Of a stretch of 64,000 bases of DNA, positions 43,670 through 53,003 are shown in pieces. The stretch lies in the IMG/VR virus record IMGVR_UViG_3300043446_004613, positions 62,001-126,000 of that record; one strand, given 5' to 3'. A model generated the notes under the pieces. That model was not told the origin of the DNA. It saw only the letters and a program-made list of their open reading frames with translations, and did not search any database. The first letter of the stretch is position 1. Every line of letters starts with the position of its first letter. The position numbers and the translations under genes were made by a program.

Positions 43670-44764
43670 ATGAGCAATACTCAACAAATGACTAATGTCG
43701 TTGGATACTACAACGGAAACAAGTGGCCTATTCAGCTTGTAATATCCAAGCTGAACCTCACCCTGACACTGGAACCGGGTAAGTACGTTCTTGATCGACA
43801 GGGACGTAAGATCAACGATCCCTACTTCGAGGTGTTTGCGAACAACAAGCAGCTTCACCGCGAAACGTCCACTACATCAGTGCCGGTAATCGCCATTCCG
43901 GTAGTTGCGGCAACAACAACAACACCTTCACCGTCTACAAATCCAGTGCGCTCGATTGATAAGTTTGAGCGCGATACCAAAGGTGTGCGTCGCCCGGTAT
44001 TGACTCAAGCGCAACCGGTTGAAATGCCAAAACCTTCCATTCCGGTGGTTGCTTCCAACAGTCAAGCCATCCATGCGCTTTCGATGGATGAAGCACGCCG
44101 TCTTGGTTTCGTCAGGAAGGTACGCGAAGTGCCGGAAGATTACGGCGTCACGGACACGAACGGTTTACCGCCGTCACGTATCCCCGAGATGAAGTACTCG
44201 ATTGATCCGACCATCAACAAAGCGCAGCCGCCGTTGCCCAAGGAGATGCTCAACCTGCCGAAAGATGATCCAAGCAATCCGCAGCGTTCGCAGCTTGTCG
44301 CCGGACTCACCCAGAGTAACCGGATGCCCGCCCCTGACGCGTCGACCAGTCCATTTGCCAACACGACGGTAGCAGACGCACCTGCCGAAAGTCCGCTTGT
44401 CGCCGGAACGCCGATTACCGAAGCGCAGGAATCGCTGCCCGAAGAAAGCCAACCCGTCCTCGATGAAGGTGCCGTGGAAAGCGACCCGGTGGTTGAAGCC
44501 GCCGAGACGATCCTGCCGATGCCGAATCTGGACGACGACGACGACGACGACGAAGAACCTGCACCTGCACCTCAGCCCGCAGCGGCAGCCCCAAAACCGG
44601 CTCCGGCAGCCCCCAAGGCACCGACCAGCGCTGGCAAGTACATCTGCGTCGGATGCGGTAAACCGTTCGGCATGCTCAATCAGTTGAAGCGCCACGCCGA
44701 GAAGGAACATCCCGACCGTTTGAACGCCATCTTGTCACCGTACCGGCAACAGACACTACCTTGA
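43670..44764 (+). CDS. Pro-rich/acidic protein with C-terminal C2H2 zinc finger
   Basis: YICVGCGKPFGMLNQLKRHAEKEH; (GAC)7 poly-Asp tract. Confidence 0.75.
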   Translation: MSNTQQMTNVVGYYNGNKWPIQLVISKLNLTLTLEPGKYVLDRQGRKINDPYFEVFANNKQLHRETSTTSVPVIAIPVVAATTTTPSPSTNPVRSIDKFERDTKGVRRPVLTQAQPVEMPKPSIPVVASNSQAIHALSMDEARRLGFVRKVREVPEDYGVTDTNGLPPSRIPEMKYSIDPTINKAQPPLPKEMLNLPKDDPSNPQRSQLVAGLTQSNRMPAPDASTSPFANTTVADAPAESPLVAGTPITEAQESLPEESQPVLDEGAVESDPVVEAAETILPMPNLDDDDDDDEEPAPAPQPAAAAPKPAPAAPKAPTSAGKYICVGCGKPFGMLNQLKRHAEKEHPDRLNAILSPYRQQTLP

Positions 44765-44775
44765 GTAGTTAAGGC

Positions 44776-45546
44776 ATGGTATCAGGCCCGAGCAGTAACG
44801 GCAGTCAGCCGGTCAGCACGAGTGCGCAGAGTCCCGATCTGCTCCCGCTGACCGGCTACTCTATTGATCAACTGAAGAACTACATCATGCGCCAGCTTGG
44901 CGCTCCGACGTGGAACGTTGAGTTGACCAATCAACAGATCATTGATTGCATCCAAGATGCGCTCGGCCTGTATTCTCAGTGGGTGCCGAACATAAAAGTC
45001 GGCAATCTCTTGCTGACACGCGGCCAGTTCAAATACCTCGTAAACGAAAACGTAGGGCTGGGCGTCGCTCGGGTTGACTTTGTCGAACCTAACCCAGTAC
45101 CCACGGAAATCTTCTATGGTAACCTGATCAATCCTGCGCCGCTCTTTCGTACCGGCTTGGACGAGTACGATGTGTTTCTGCGCTGGCGTAAGACGTGGCA
45201 GCGTGTCACGTCAATCAAGCCAGACTGGTTTTATGACGAGATGGAGCACGCGCTTTACATCCATAACCCGATTGAGCGTTATCAGGCTGGCATATTCTGC
45301 TACTGGCCACACGAGAAGACCGAAAAGCTGAATTACACAGGTGCTGACTGGGTCAAGCGCTTTGCACTGGCCCGCTCCAAGTTGTTGCTTGCAGAGACGT
45401 GGATGAAATTTTCCGGCGCTATTCCCGGCCCCGGTCAAAACATCCAACTGGATCAGCAACGGCGTGAGTCTGCGCAGAGCGAAATCGATAAGCTGATGGA
45501 ACAGCTAAAGGGCATGCAATTAAGCACGCCAATCATGGTCGATTAG
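44776..45546 (+). CDS. neck/head-completion protein (T4 gp13-like)
   Basis: LKNYIMRQLGAP..NVEL...QI.DCI.DAL..Y; WVKRFALA..K; KFSG.IPG. Confidence 0.75.
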   Translation: MVSGPSSNGSQPVSTSAQSPDLLPLTGYSIDQLKNYIMRQLGAPTWNVELTNQQIIDCIQDALGLYSQWVPNIKVGNLLLTRGQFKYLVNENVGLGVARVDFVEPNPVPTEIFYGNLINPAPLFRTGLDEYDVFLRWRKTWQRVTSIKPDWFYDEMEHALYIHNPIERYQAGIFCYWPHEKTEKLNYTGADWVKRFALARSKLLLAETWMKFSGAIPGPGQNIQLDQQRRESAQSEIDKLMEQLKGMQLSTPIMVD

Positions 45547-46321
45547 TTGAAAAATGTGCCCGGACAGTTTTGCGGATGTTATTTGCCAGCGTACTGGCTC
45601 TTTTGTCATCATTTTTCGGTGTAGCCTCAATGAAACCTTTTATCTGCTTGAACGATGCGCTAGGCACGTGCGCGGCGCACAGTGTGCCTAGACCCATCGT
45701 TCGATCGCAGTTATCGAGTGTCAGCATCACAGGTGTTCCTACTGCCACACACGGTAAGGCGACGTGAAGCCGAGAGGTTATTACGCAGCGTGCGGCAGCG
45801 TAACGGCGTAAACGTTTCAATGCCTGCCATTCGCGGCGACCAACAGGTGCGTTAGGATCGACTTCGACGTCGGCGTAGACTAGCGGCAGACCGGCACAGG
45901 GCGGAATGTCCACCGCCAGCACTTCTTCAGTTTTAGGCACATCAGGTCGATTTAAGGTCAGTGTCACGCAGCCAGCAAAGTAAGCTTCGATACCGCAGGC
46001 TTCAAAAATGGCAGCGGTTGATGTATCACGCGTATACACCGGTTTTCCGTAGCTATTCCAGTAATCACGGTGTTTATCGACAAGCTCACGTTTAGCGATG
46101 TGCACGCCGACAAACAGCGGATTATAGTTGGGATGCGGCGGCCAGTCCCATGCGTTGTGCTTGTACCATCCTGCAACAACGACGTTTGTGCCGGGTGGCA
46201 CGCAGTATCCGAGGTGCTCGCGATCGACTTCCAAGTCGACGCCGGGCATCATGTTGCGCACGGCAAGTGCCTGCATATCGTCGCCGTTGTTCGTAGTTGA
46301 GCAAACAATTAACGCGTTCAT
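45533..46321 (-). CDS. polysaccharide pyruvyl transferase-family protein
   Basis: NNGDDMQ, RD..T, FAGCVTLTL, ITSRLHVALPC.A.GTP. Confidence 0.8.
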   Translation of the reverse strand: MNALIVCSTTNNGDDMQALAVRNMMPGVDLEVDREHLGYCVPPGTNVVVAGWYKHNAWDWPPHPNYNPLFVGVHIAKRELVDKHRDYWNSYGKPVYTRDTSTAAIFEACGIEAYFAGCVTLTLNRPDVPKTEEVLAVDIPPCAGLPLVYADVEVDPNAPVGRREWQALKRLRRYAAARCVITSRLHVALPCVAVGTPVMLTLDNCDRTMGLGTLCAAHVPSASFKQIKGFIEATPKNDDKRASTLANNIRKTVRAHFSTNRP

Positions 46322-46336
46322 GCTAGAAAGAACAAT

Positions 46337-46915
46337 ATGTCTAAAGTCATTTGTGTTGGTAATCCTAAAACAGCAACAACAAGTTTACAGCGGGCTATGG
46401 AATTGCTTGGTTACTCTGTAATGGGTTGGAATGACTACGCTGTGCAGTCTTGGATTTCTGGGCAAGATGAGTTGTGCCTGAGCTTGGCAAAACCATACGG
46501 ATTTTTGAAGGATTGGCCTTGGCGCACGTACTACAGAGTGTTTGATAAAGCATATCCCGGCAGTAAGTTTATCCTTACTACGCGAAATGTAGACGCTTGG
46601 GTTGACAGCTTGATTCGCCATCTAGCCTACCATAAATCGACACCTTGGGCAGAACAAGCTCGTATCAAAGGTTATGGCTTTGACCCCCGTAAGCACGTCA
46701 ACGACAAAGCGTTTCTCATCGACTACTACGAGGCAAAAAACGCCGAAATAAGAAACTACTTTATCTCCAGACCTGATGACCTTCTGGAGCATGACTTTAC
46801 GATTGATCCAACATGGGAAGCGCTATGCGGTTTTCTCAAGAAACCGGTTCCATTAAAAGCGTTTCCAAAATTAAACGTAAATCCGCTTAAAAGTGAAAAT
46901 GTTCAACGTACTTAG
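46337..46915 (+). CDS. sulfotransferase-family protein 1
   Basis: VICVGNPKTATTSL (5'-PSB loop), DWPW, KFILTTR..DAW..S, WEALCGFL. Confidence 0.82.
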   Translation: MSKVICVGNPKTATTSLQRAMELLGYSVMGWNDYAVQSWISGQDELCLSLAKPYGFLKDWPWRTYYRVFDKAYPGSKFILTTRNVDAWVDSLIRHLAYHKSTPWAEQARIKGYGFDPRKHVNDKAFLIDYYEAKNAEIRNYFISRPDDLLEHDFTIDPTWEALCGFLKKPVPLKAFPKLNVNPLKSENVQRT

Positions 46916-46918
46916 TAC

Positions 46919-47518
46919 ATGAGCAAGATAATCTGTGTCGGCAACTCTAAAACGGTATCGTCGTCAATACTGACGGCGGCTAACATACTAGGTTACAGCA
47001 CCATCGGCTGGAACGAGCACTACGTTAAAGCGTGGAATTCCGGCGATGAATCCTCTTGCCTATTAACGGCGCAGGCGTATGACTTTTTATACAGTTGGCC
47101 GTGGCGCTGCCTTTACCAGCAGCTGGATGCAGCCCATCCCGGCAGCAAGTTCATCCTGTCTACAATGAATAGCGACACATGGGCCGATCAGTTTGTGCGT
47201 CATATCGCCTACAATCGACCCCTGTCGTGGATTACGGAAGCTCGCATCAAAGCGTACGGTTTTGATCCAGAGATGTACTTGGATGACAAGCCTTACCTTA
47301 TCCAAAACATCTACGAGGCCAAAAACGCAGAGGTTCAAGCGTACTTCGCAAGTCGCCCGGACGATTTGCTTACCGTTGACTTCAACACTGATCCTACGTG
47401 GGATGCCCTTTGCACCTTTTTGGGTAAGCCGATACCGGATGTACCATTTCCGGTCATTCCAGCAGCAAGTAGCCCCGTCATTCTTGGGTACGGAGCGACA
47501 GGCACTAATGTTCCGTGA
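46919..47518 (+). CDS. sulfotransferase-family protein 2 (tandem paralog)
   Basis: IICVGNSKTVSSS, WPW, KFILST, WDALCTFL. Confidence 0.78.
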   Translation: MSKIICVGNSKTVSSSILTAANILGYSTIGWNEHYVKAWNSGDESSCLLTAQAYDFLYSWPWRCLYQQLDAAHPGSKFILSTMNSDTWADQFVRHIAYNRPLSWITEARIKAYGFDPEMYLDDKPYLIQNIYEAKNAEVQAYFASRPDDLLTVDFNTDPTWDALCTFLGKPIPDVPFPVIPAASSPVILGYGATGTNVP

Positions 47519-48867
47519 ACCGCATTGTAGACAAGCTGCTTGAAATGGACATTCCAGACGATCCTCTGGAGTTAATCCATCAAACGCACAATCCGTCCGA
47601 TGAAGCGCAAAGCATCTTGCGCGATGAGCTTGTCGACATGGGCTGGCGGCATATCCGACTCACTCTCTCTGATGAAGGCTGGTTGCTTCACGCCGGTATG
47701 ATTGATCCGCAGCACCGCGCAGAGTGGGAAAATAGCGGTGCTCGTGTAGCACCGGCTCCCCAAGAAACGCCGCTGCTACGCCCGCGCATAATGCGGACGT
47801 TCAAGGCTGCGGCTCGTCGCGCTGGCATGGACGTAAGTAGCGCGAAGCTGACGTCAATAAGACCTGCGTATGACTCGCACGATCTGTACTACGCATGGGA
47901 AGACTTTGAAGATGATCCCGGTGATTGGGAGATCGAAATTGAACTCCAGTGGTCACCAAAAGACAAGTTTTGGAGCAAAGCCAGCGCAGCACTCGGCTAC
48001 GAGACTAAACCCTACCAGCAGGCAGGAAAGCTCGCAAAAACCGGTTCAGCAAAACCATCTCCACTTACCCCTGAACAGCTAGATGCTGCGGATGACGCTA
48101 CGCGCTCACGGCTCTTAAAAGCTGAACGTGCCGCTCAAGGTTCGGAAGAACGTGCGGATAAAGCCTTGCAGCGTTGGCGTCAGGCCGGAGCCGACCGGGC
48201 TGAACTGTCGAAATACCTTGAGCAGACAGACGAAAGCATAAAAGGCATGGTCGCTGCCGGATTACTCGGTGCCTCCACTTTAGCCGGAACGGCAGCAAAG
48301 CACACTCAGCGCCCGGCACGCATGCCGCATAGCCAGATTGTTCAAACCGCAAAGCGTATGGATACACAGTCACCAGAATCGATCATCATGGGTTATGAAA
48401 ACAGCAAAGATAACCCAAAAGGCGGCTACGATAAGCGAACTGGACGTTGGTATCCACATCGCAGCATTGAAGGCGGTTCAGACACGATTGCCTACGGGCA
48501 CAAGATTCAAGCCGGTGAAGACTATAGCAACGGTTTGTCTGACGCAGAGGCTACGGCACTTTTGCGGCAAGACATCGCAAAGCGGGAACGCGACATCCAG
48601 CGCAATATTCCGGCGTACGCCAGCTTGCCGCAGTACGTTAAAAATGCGGTGATTAGCGCGTGGTACCGTGGTGATCTCGGCCCACGGGCGACTCCGCGCA
48701 CACTCCGTTTGATAAACGCAGGCCAGTGGGAGCAGGCAGCCCGCGAATATCTCAATCATAATGATTTCCGTAATGGCCCGAATGGCGTCAAAAACCGTAT
48801 GCAGAATAACGCAAACGCTTTTGCCCGCTATGCTCAAGAAAAAGGCACAACATACGCAAGTCACTGA
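47515..48867 (+). CDS. multidomain protein with C-terminal GH24 (phage lysozyme-like) domain
   Basis: YEN...GGY...WYPH.S.EGG.DTIAYGHK...LL.QD; IVDKLLE leader. Confidence 0.8.
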   Translation: MNRIVDKLLEMDIPDDPLELIHQTHNPSDEAQSILRDELVDMGWRHIRLTLSDEGWLLHAGMIDPQHRAEWENSGARVAPAPQETPLLRPRIMRTFKAAARRAGMDVSSAKLTSIRPAYDSHDLYYAWEDFEDDPGDWEIEIELQWSPKDKFWSKASAALGYETKPYQQAGKLAKTGSAKPSPLTPEQLDAADDATRSRLLKAERAAQGSEERADKALQRWRQAGADRAELSKYLEQTDESIKGMVAAGLLGASTLAGTAAKHTQRPARMPHSQIVQTAKRMDTQSPESIIMGYENSKDNPKGGYDKRTGRWYPHRSIEGGSDTIAYGHKIQAGEDYSNGLSDAEATALLRQDIAKRERDIQRNIPAYASLPQYVKNAVISAWYRGDLGPRATPRTLRLINAGQWEQAAREYLNHNDFRNGPNGVKNRMQNNANAFARYAQEKGTTYASH

Positions 48868-48910
48868 TAATAAGGCGCATGCGTAGAAGTAAAATAATTA
48901 AATAATAGTG

Positions 48911-48938
48911 TTGACGCTTGGCTTATCGTGTATACACT
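48911..48938 (+). promoter_or_regulatory. sigma70-type early promoter, predicted leaderless transcript
   Basis: TTGACG-16 nt-TACACT with AT-rich UP region; ATG 6 nt after the -10 box. Confidence 0.65.
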
Positions 48939-48944
48939 GGAGCC

Positions 48945-50312
48945 ATGAAATATACGATATTCGAGCACAACTTCAGTGTCCTCACCAAGAAGCTGACGAA
49001 CCTCAATCAGAAGCTCACACGTATTGGCGCAAGCCCAGTGGCTTTTTCCGTTACAGGCCAGCACGATGTTCCGGCAAACGACAACCCGACCAAGCTGCTG
49101 CGCACGTTCGATATTGAAGTCAGCTGCGCCAATCCTAGCCACAACGGTTGGAAGTTTATCGCGACAATCGTTCATACGGACGAAGGCAACATCGTTCGCG
49201 CTGTTCCGGGCTTTGAAGTATCTGCTGAACACCGCGACCGCCCAACGTGGTGTGATCACTGCAAAACTAACCGTCAGCGCCACGACACGTATATTGTCCG
49301 GCATGATGACGGTCGCACCATGCAGGTCGGTTCATCCTGCCTCGGCGAATTCATCGGCTCAGCCAATCCAAACACCCTGTGCAAAGCTGCCGAACACATG
49401 CTCAACGCGTTCGACGTATGCGACGCTGCACAGAGCCGCAACTGGCTCGGCGGTGAAGGCGCGGGTGTTTACCGGATCGACCTCGACACATTCCTCGCTA
49501 ATGTCGCTGCTACCGTGCTGGCGCAAGGACAGTATGTTACGCGCAAGAGCGCCTATGAACAACATACCACAGCAACCAGCGACATCGCCCGCAACAGCCG
49601 CTACGAGGTTACACCTGAAGCGATTAAGCTTGCGACCGATGCCCGGAACTGGGTTTTGAACACGTATAGCCCTGCAATTACCGATGTTGATGGCCTCAGC
49701 GACGGTGCGATCATCGACATGATCACCGATAGTTTCAAGTCCAGTAATCGCCAGCTGTCCGACTTTGAGCACAATCTGCTCGCAGCTGCTCGCGCTGAAG
49801 CGATTGAACCCCGCCTTTGCGGTATTGCGGCATACATCGTAGAAGCCTATCGTCGTGCGCAGCCTAAGACCAAGCCGACACAGCTGGACGCTGTGGGTCT
49901 GGAACGTATTTTCCAGATGTTTGATAAGGCAAAGTCCAACAAGCTGGCACACCCCGGTATTCGCCTTGTGGACGACGCCGGACAACATTTGAAGCTATCA
50001 CTTGCGGCAGATTCATCGAAGAACGCGGGATACGTTTACGTAAAGGGCACCGAGTACTTTGGCAAAATCTCTCCGAAAGGTGAGTTCTTCCCGGTCAAAG
50101 CGTGCCCTAGCACTGTCCACGGCCAGCTGGCCGCGTTCGCTGCTGATCCTGAAACGATTGCAGCCAAGTACGGTAAGATGACCGGATGCTGCTGCTTTTG
50201 CAGCCGTAAGCTGGATGATGCGCGTTCAACTGAAGTCGGTTACGGCCCGGTCTGCGCTAAAAAATTCGGACTGAACTGGGGTAAGCAGCTTGAAGAAGTT
50301 TTAGCCGCGTAA
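48945..50312 (+). CDS. phage protein with C-terminal DUF6011-like Zn domain
   Basis: CDHC...R, VGSSCL, CCFCSRKL.D.RS..VGYGPVCAK. Confidence 0.75.
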   Translation: MKYTIFEHNFSVLTKKLTNLNQKLTRIGASPVAFSVTGQHDVPANDNPTKLLRTFDIEVSCANPSHNGWKFIATIVHTDEGNIVRAVPGFEVSAEHRDRPTWCDHCKTNRQRHDTYIVRHDDGRTMQVGSSCLGEFIGSANPNTLCKAAEHMLNAFDVCDAAQSRNWLGGEGAGVYRIDLDTFLANVAATVLAQGQYVTRKSAYEQHTTATSDIARNSRYEVTPEAIKLATDARNWVLNTYSPAITDVDGLSDGAIIDMITDSFKSSNRQLSDFEHNLLAAARAEAIEPRLCGIAAYIVEAYRRAQPKTKPTQLDAVGLERIFQMFDKAKSNKLAHPGIRLVDDAGQHLKLSLAADSSKNAGYVYVKGTEYFGKISPKGEFFPVKACPSTVHGQLAAFAADPETIAAKYGKMTGCCCFCSRKLDDARSTEVGYGPVCAKKFGLNWGKQLEEVLAA

Positions 50313-50336
50313 GCGGTTTAGTGGGACAGGGGAACC

Positions 50337-50367
50337 AAAAGGCGATCTCTTAGGAGGTCGCCTTTTT
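50337..50367. terminator. bidirectional Rho-independent terminator
   Basis: AAAA-GGCGATCTC-TTAG-GAGGTCGCC-TTTTT between convergent genes. Confidence 0.85.
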
Positions 50368-50704
50368 ATTTTACAAGTCGGCGCAAGATGTTTGCAGGAC
50401 GCCCGGTATTCGCGACAAGCTCTACAGCGCTGTCATCCCAAATCTCAACGCAATCGAAGTCCTTCGCATTAGTCACCTCAAGATCAGGAAGCCCTTGAGC
50501 ACGCAACCAGTCTTTTACGTAGGGGATGTTCGCAGGAACAGCAGCCCGAGCCGTAAAAATCTTCACAGTCTTCCCGTCGGCCAGCCAATCGCGTACACGA
50601 TCAAGCATCTCTGGTATAGCCGGGCCAATGTGCTGCGGCCCTTTCCACCCAGAGTAGTGAGCAAGTGTGCCGTCAAGATCGACACCTATCCAACGTTTAT
50701 CCAT
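50366..50704 (-). CDS. HAD-superfamily phosphatase-like protein
   Basis: GVDLDGTLA motif I, IFTAR, IWDD. Confidence 0.75.
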   Translation of the reverse strand: MDKRWIGVDLDGTLAHYSGWKGPQHIGPAIPEMLDRVRDWLADGKTVKIFTARAAVPANIPYVKDWLRAQGLPDLEVTNAKDFDCVEIWDDSAVELVANTGRPANILRRLVK

Positions 50705-50712
50705 GTTGTTAA

Positions 50713-50865
50713 CTACATGCGCGGGCGCACCCTCTTAAAAGGATAGCCCTCTATGCTTGTGCTGGTTTTGCCGCAAGGGCACGTGAAACGGAATTTCTTC
50801 GCGTCCCAGAGCAACGTCGGAGAACCGCAGCAAGCTGTCGGTTGTTTTAGCTCTTTTGGCTTCAC
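50713..50865 (-). CDS. small Cys-rich protein (50 aa; not in ORF track)
   Basis: MKPKELKQPTACCGSPTLLWDAKKFRFTCPCGKTS...; GTGA overlap with HU stop. Confidence 0.55.
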   Translation of the reverse strand: MKPKELKQPTACCGSPTLLWDAKKFRFTCPCGKTSTSIEGYPFKRVRPRM

Positions 50866-51158
50866 TCAGGATTAAGCTGATTGTTGAGTTCTTTGCCAGC
50901 ACGGAAACGAACAGCCTTACGCGCAGGGATGCTGACGTTGCCCTTTTCAGGGTGCTTTGGGTTACGTCCTACTTTCGCTTTTCGATCGACGACGTCAAAC
51001 ATTCCAAAGCCGCGAAATTCAACGTTGTTACCGCTGGCTAGGGCATCAGTAAGCACGGATAGAGTGACGTCAACAATGCCACGGGCGCGGTCTACCGGCA
51101 TACCGAGGCGCAAGTTGAGTTCTATAGCTAGGTCGTTACGTGTAAAGTTTTGGCTCAT
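50862..51158 (-). CDS. HU/IHF-family DNA-binding protein
   Basis: VEFRGFGMF...RKAKVGRNP...IPARKAVRFRAGKEL. Confidence 0.93.
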   Translation of the reverse strand: MSQNFTRNDLAIELNLRLGMPVDRARGIVDVTLSVLTDALASGNNVEFRGFGMFDVVDRKAKVGRNPKHPEKGNVSIPARKAVRFRAGKELNNQLNPE

Positions 51159-51484
51159 TTTTTACGTCCTTCCCAGAATCCGAGTACGATGCGTGCGGCG
51201 GATTCAGGCATTAAGTTGATGTCGGCTTGCACGTCCAAGATGAAAACCAGCCCGCGATAAACGAGCACGATAATCCAGCACTGCGTCAGGAAAACGGCGG
51301 CAAGCGCCAAGCCAATCAGCTGGATTCCGGTAGGTGATCCAACCAGTTTCCAGACCAAAGCACTGATCCAGATTAGGAGAACAACGCCCAGACAGACAAA
51401 GTCGTGCGGCGCAAAAAGTCCAAGTTTGCGCTGTGCTTGAAAGCGCGACATCTGCTTCTCGGGAGCAATGACAGGTTCAGCCAT
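51155..51484 (-). CDS. two-TM membrane protein
   Basis: Two hydrophobic helices; start set at MAEP. Confidence 0.7.
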   Translation of the reverse strand: MAEPVIAPEKQMSRFQAQRKLGLFAPHDFVCLGVVLLIWISALVWKLVGSPTGIQLIGLALAAVFLTQCWIIVLVYRGLVFILDVQADINLMPESAARIVLGFWEGRKK

Positions 51485-51485
51485 A

Positions 51486-53003
51486 TTATTCAAAGGTTTC
51501 TTTGCTGTGCTGTTCAATCAATGCGATAAGCTCAGCCAGCGGAGTATTATCGCGGGGATACCACGTCTTTTGTTTACCCGTCAGCTTCTTTTTAAGCTCA
51601 TCGCTGGGTTCGCAAAAACGAAGTTTCATCGGAGCTTCACTGTCGAGACAGAACAGAAAACAACGTTTACGCTCCGCCCCTACGTAGTGATACCAAAACT
51701 GACGACCTTGGCGTTCAGCACGGTTAAATGTCTCATCGAGGTGACTGATGATTTCTGCCTCATCGTTGCTGGTAATCCGCTGACTGGGTTCGTTGGTAGG
51801 CCGGGGCAGGTAGGCAGGCGTGCGCTGCTGGCGGGCACCCAGCAGCTTAGGGCTGATTGCCATCTTTGATAGCCCAAGATTTGCGGCTTCGACAGAGCAG
51901 GAGTGACGCAAGTCACAGGTGTTGCATTGGCGAGCGTTCTTGGAGTACAGGATGCCATAGCAGGCGAGTTTTCCGTTTCCGATCGAACGCGGAACCTTGG
52001 CGTTAACCTCAGTCAACATCTCGGCAACTTGTGGCGACACCTTGTCAAATTGATCACGGGCCGCCATCGTGAGCATGCGGCGTACGACCATACCGTCAAG
52101 GTCAGTTGGAATCTGTAGTCCGAAGACAAGTTTAAGCTGTGCGATGATTGCGTTTTGACGGGCTTCGCCGTCGTGTTGTTCTTGAGTTACCATACGATGC
52201 GCTAGAGTTTTGTTACGTATTGATAGAACAGCTTCTGAAAATAGTTCGGTCGAAATTCCGACAGCTTCCGCCATGTGCGTGAATTTTATTTTTACCGTCA
52301 CCTTTCCCTTGTTGCCTTTGCGCATCGCGTCCAATTCGGCATAGCAGCGTGCGTGCGCACTAGGGCTAATTAGTTCGTGAAAAACAAGCTTCTCTACAGG
52401 CGTAAGTTGGAAAGCAAACTCAGCCGCTGTTTGGCTAAATCCCCAATCAATGTCGTTTTCGTCGCATCCACTGTCTACGTCGTGCATGTCCGGCACTTGC
52501 AGTCCCAAATCAGGGTCGTCAAGTGATAGGTCAACGTTCTTGTGATACTCTGGCGTTTCCTCGCTGTCATGCGCAGCTTTAGGCGCGTCTAGTTTTTGCT
52601 GTTGACGCGGCGGCGGTTTTTGACCAGTGCGCTTTTCCGTAAAGCGGTATTTCTGAACACGGCTTTTGGTGTTGTTGTTTACACTTGTCTTGAAAAAGGC
52701 AAAAAACGAGTGACGAGTCGGACACTTATCGCCGCCCATGATGCCCTTGCTGATAAGTTTGCTGAGCACAAGGTTGCCTTCACCCATCAGTTCGTCAAAC
52801 TGAAGGTGCGGCGTAGTCTCGTCGCGGTATTGGTTAGCCACAGTGGCGATGACACGCTGTAGATCAGGCATCATCTCTTCCAACACCGGAGGTCTAAGCT
52901 TCGGGTCTTTGAAGATTAGGAATAAACGTTGACGCTTTGGGCGCAGTGCGCCAAGGATGTCACTCGTTAGCCGAATCTTCGTTGAAAATGCTGTGCTCGC
53001 CAT
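51486..53003 (-). CDS. sigma-factor-like protein with C-terminal Zn-binding extension
   Basis: Region 2-like LQRVIATVANQY...FDELMGEGNLVL...FFAFFK; HTH-like MAEAVGIS; CYG...CNTC...C. Confidence 0.55.
   Translation of the reverse strand: MASTAFSTKIRLTSDILGALRPKRQRLFLIFKDPKLRPPVLEEMMPDLQRVIATVANQYRDETTPHLQFDELMGEGNLVLSKLISKGIMGGDKCPTRHSFFAFFKTSVNNNTKSRVQKYRFTEKRTGQKPPPRQQQKLDAPKAAHDSEETPEYHKNVDLSLDDPDLGLQVPDMHDVDSGCDENDIDWGFSQTAAEFAFQLTPVEKLVFHELISPSAHARCYAELDAMRKGNKGKVTVKIKFTHMAEAVGISTELFSEAVLSIRNKTLAHRMVTQEQHDGEARQNAIIAQLKLVFGLQIPTDLDGMVVRRMLTMAARDQFDKVSPQVAEMLTEVNAKVPRSIGNGKLACYGILYSKNARQCNTCDLRHSCSVEAANLGLSKMAISPKLLGARQQRTPAYLPRPTNEPSQRITSNDEAEIISHLDETFNRAERQGRQFWYHYVGAERKRCFLFCLDSEAPMKLRFCEPSDELKKKLTGKQKTWYPRDNTPLAELIALIEQHSKETFE

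Noticed and set aside
44531-44551. (GAC)7 microsatellite as a contingency locus
   Set aside because: In-frame poly-Asp in a disordered linker; length change would not switch the gene
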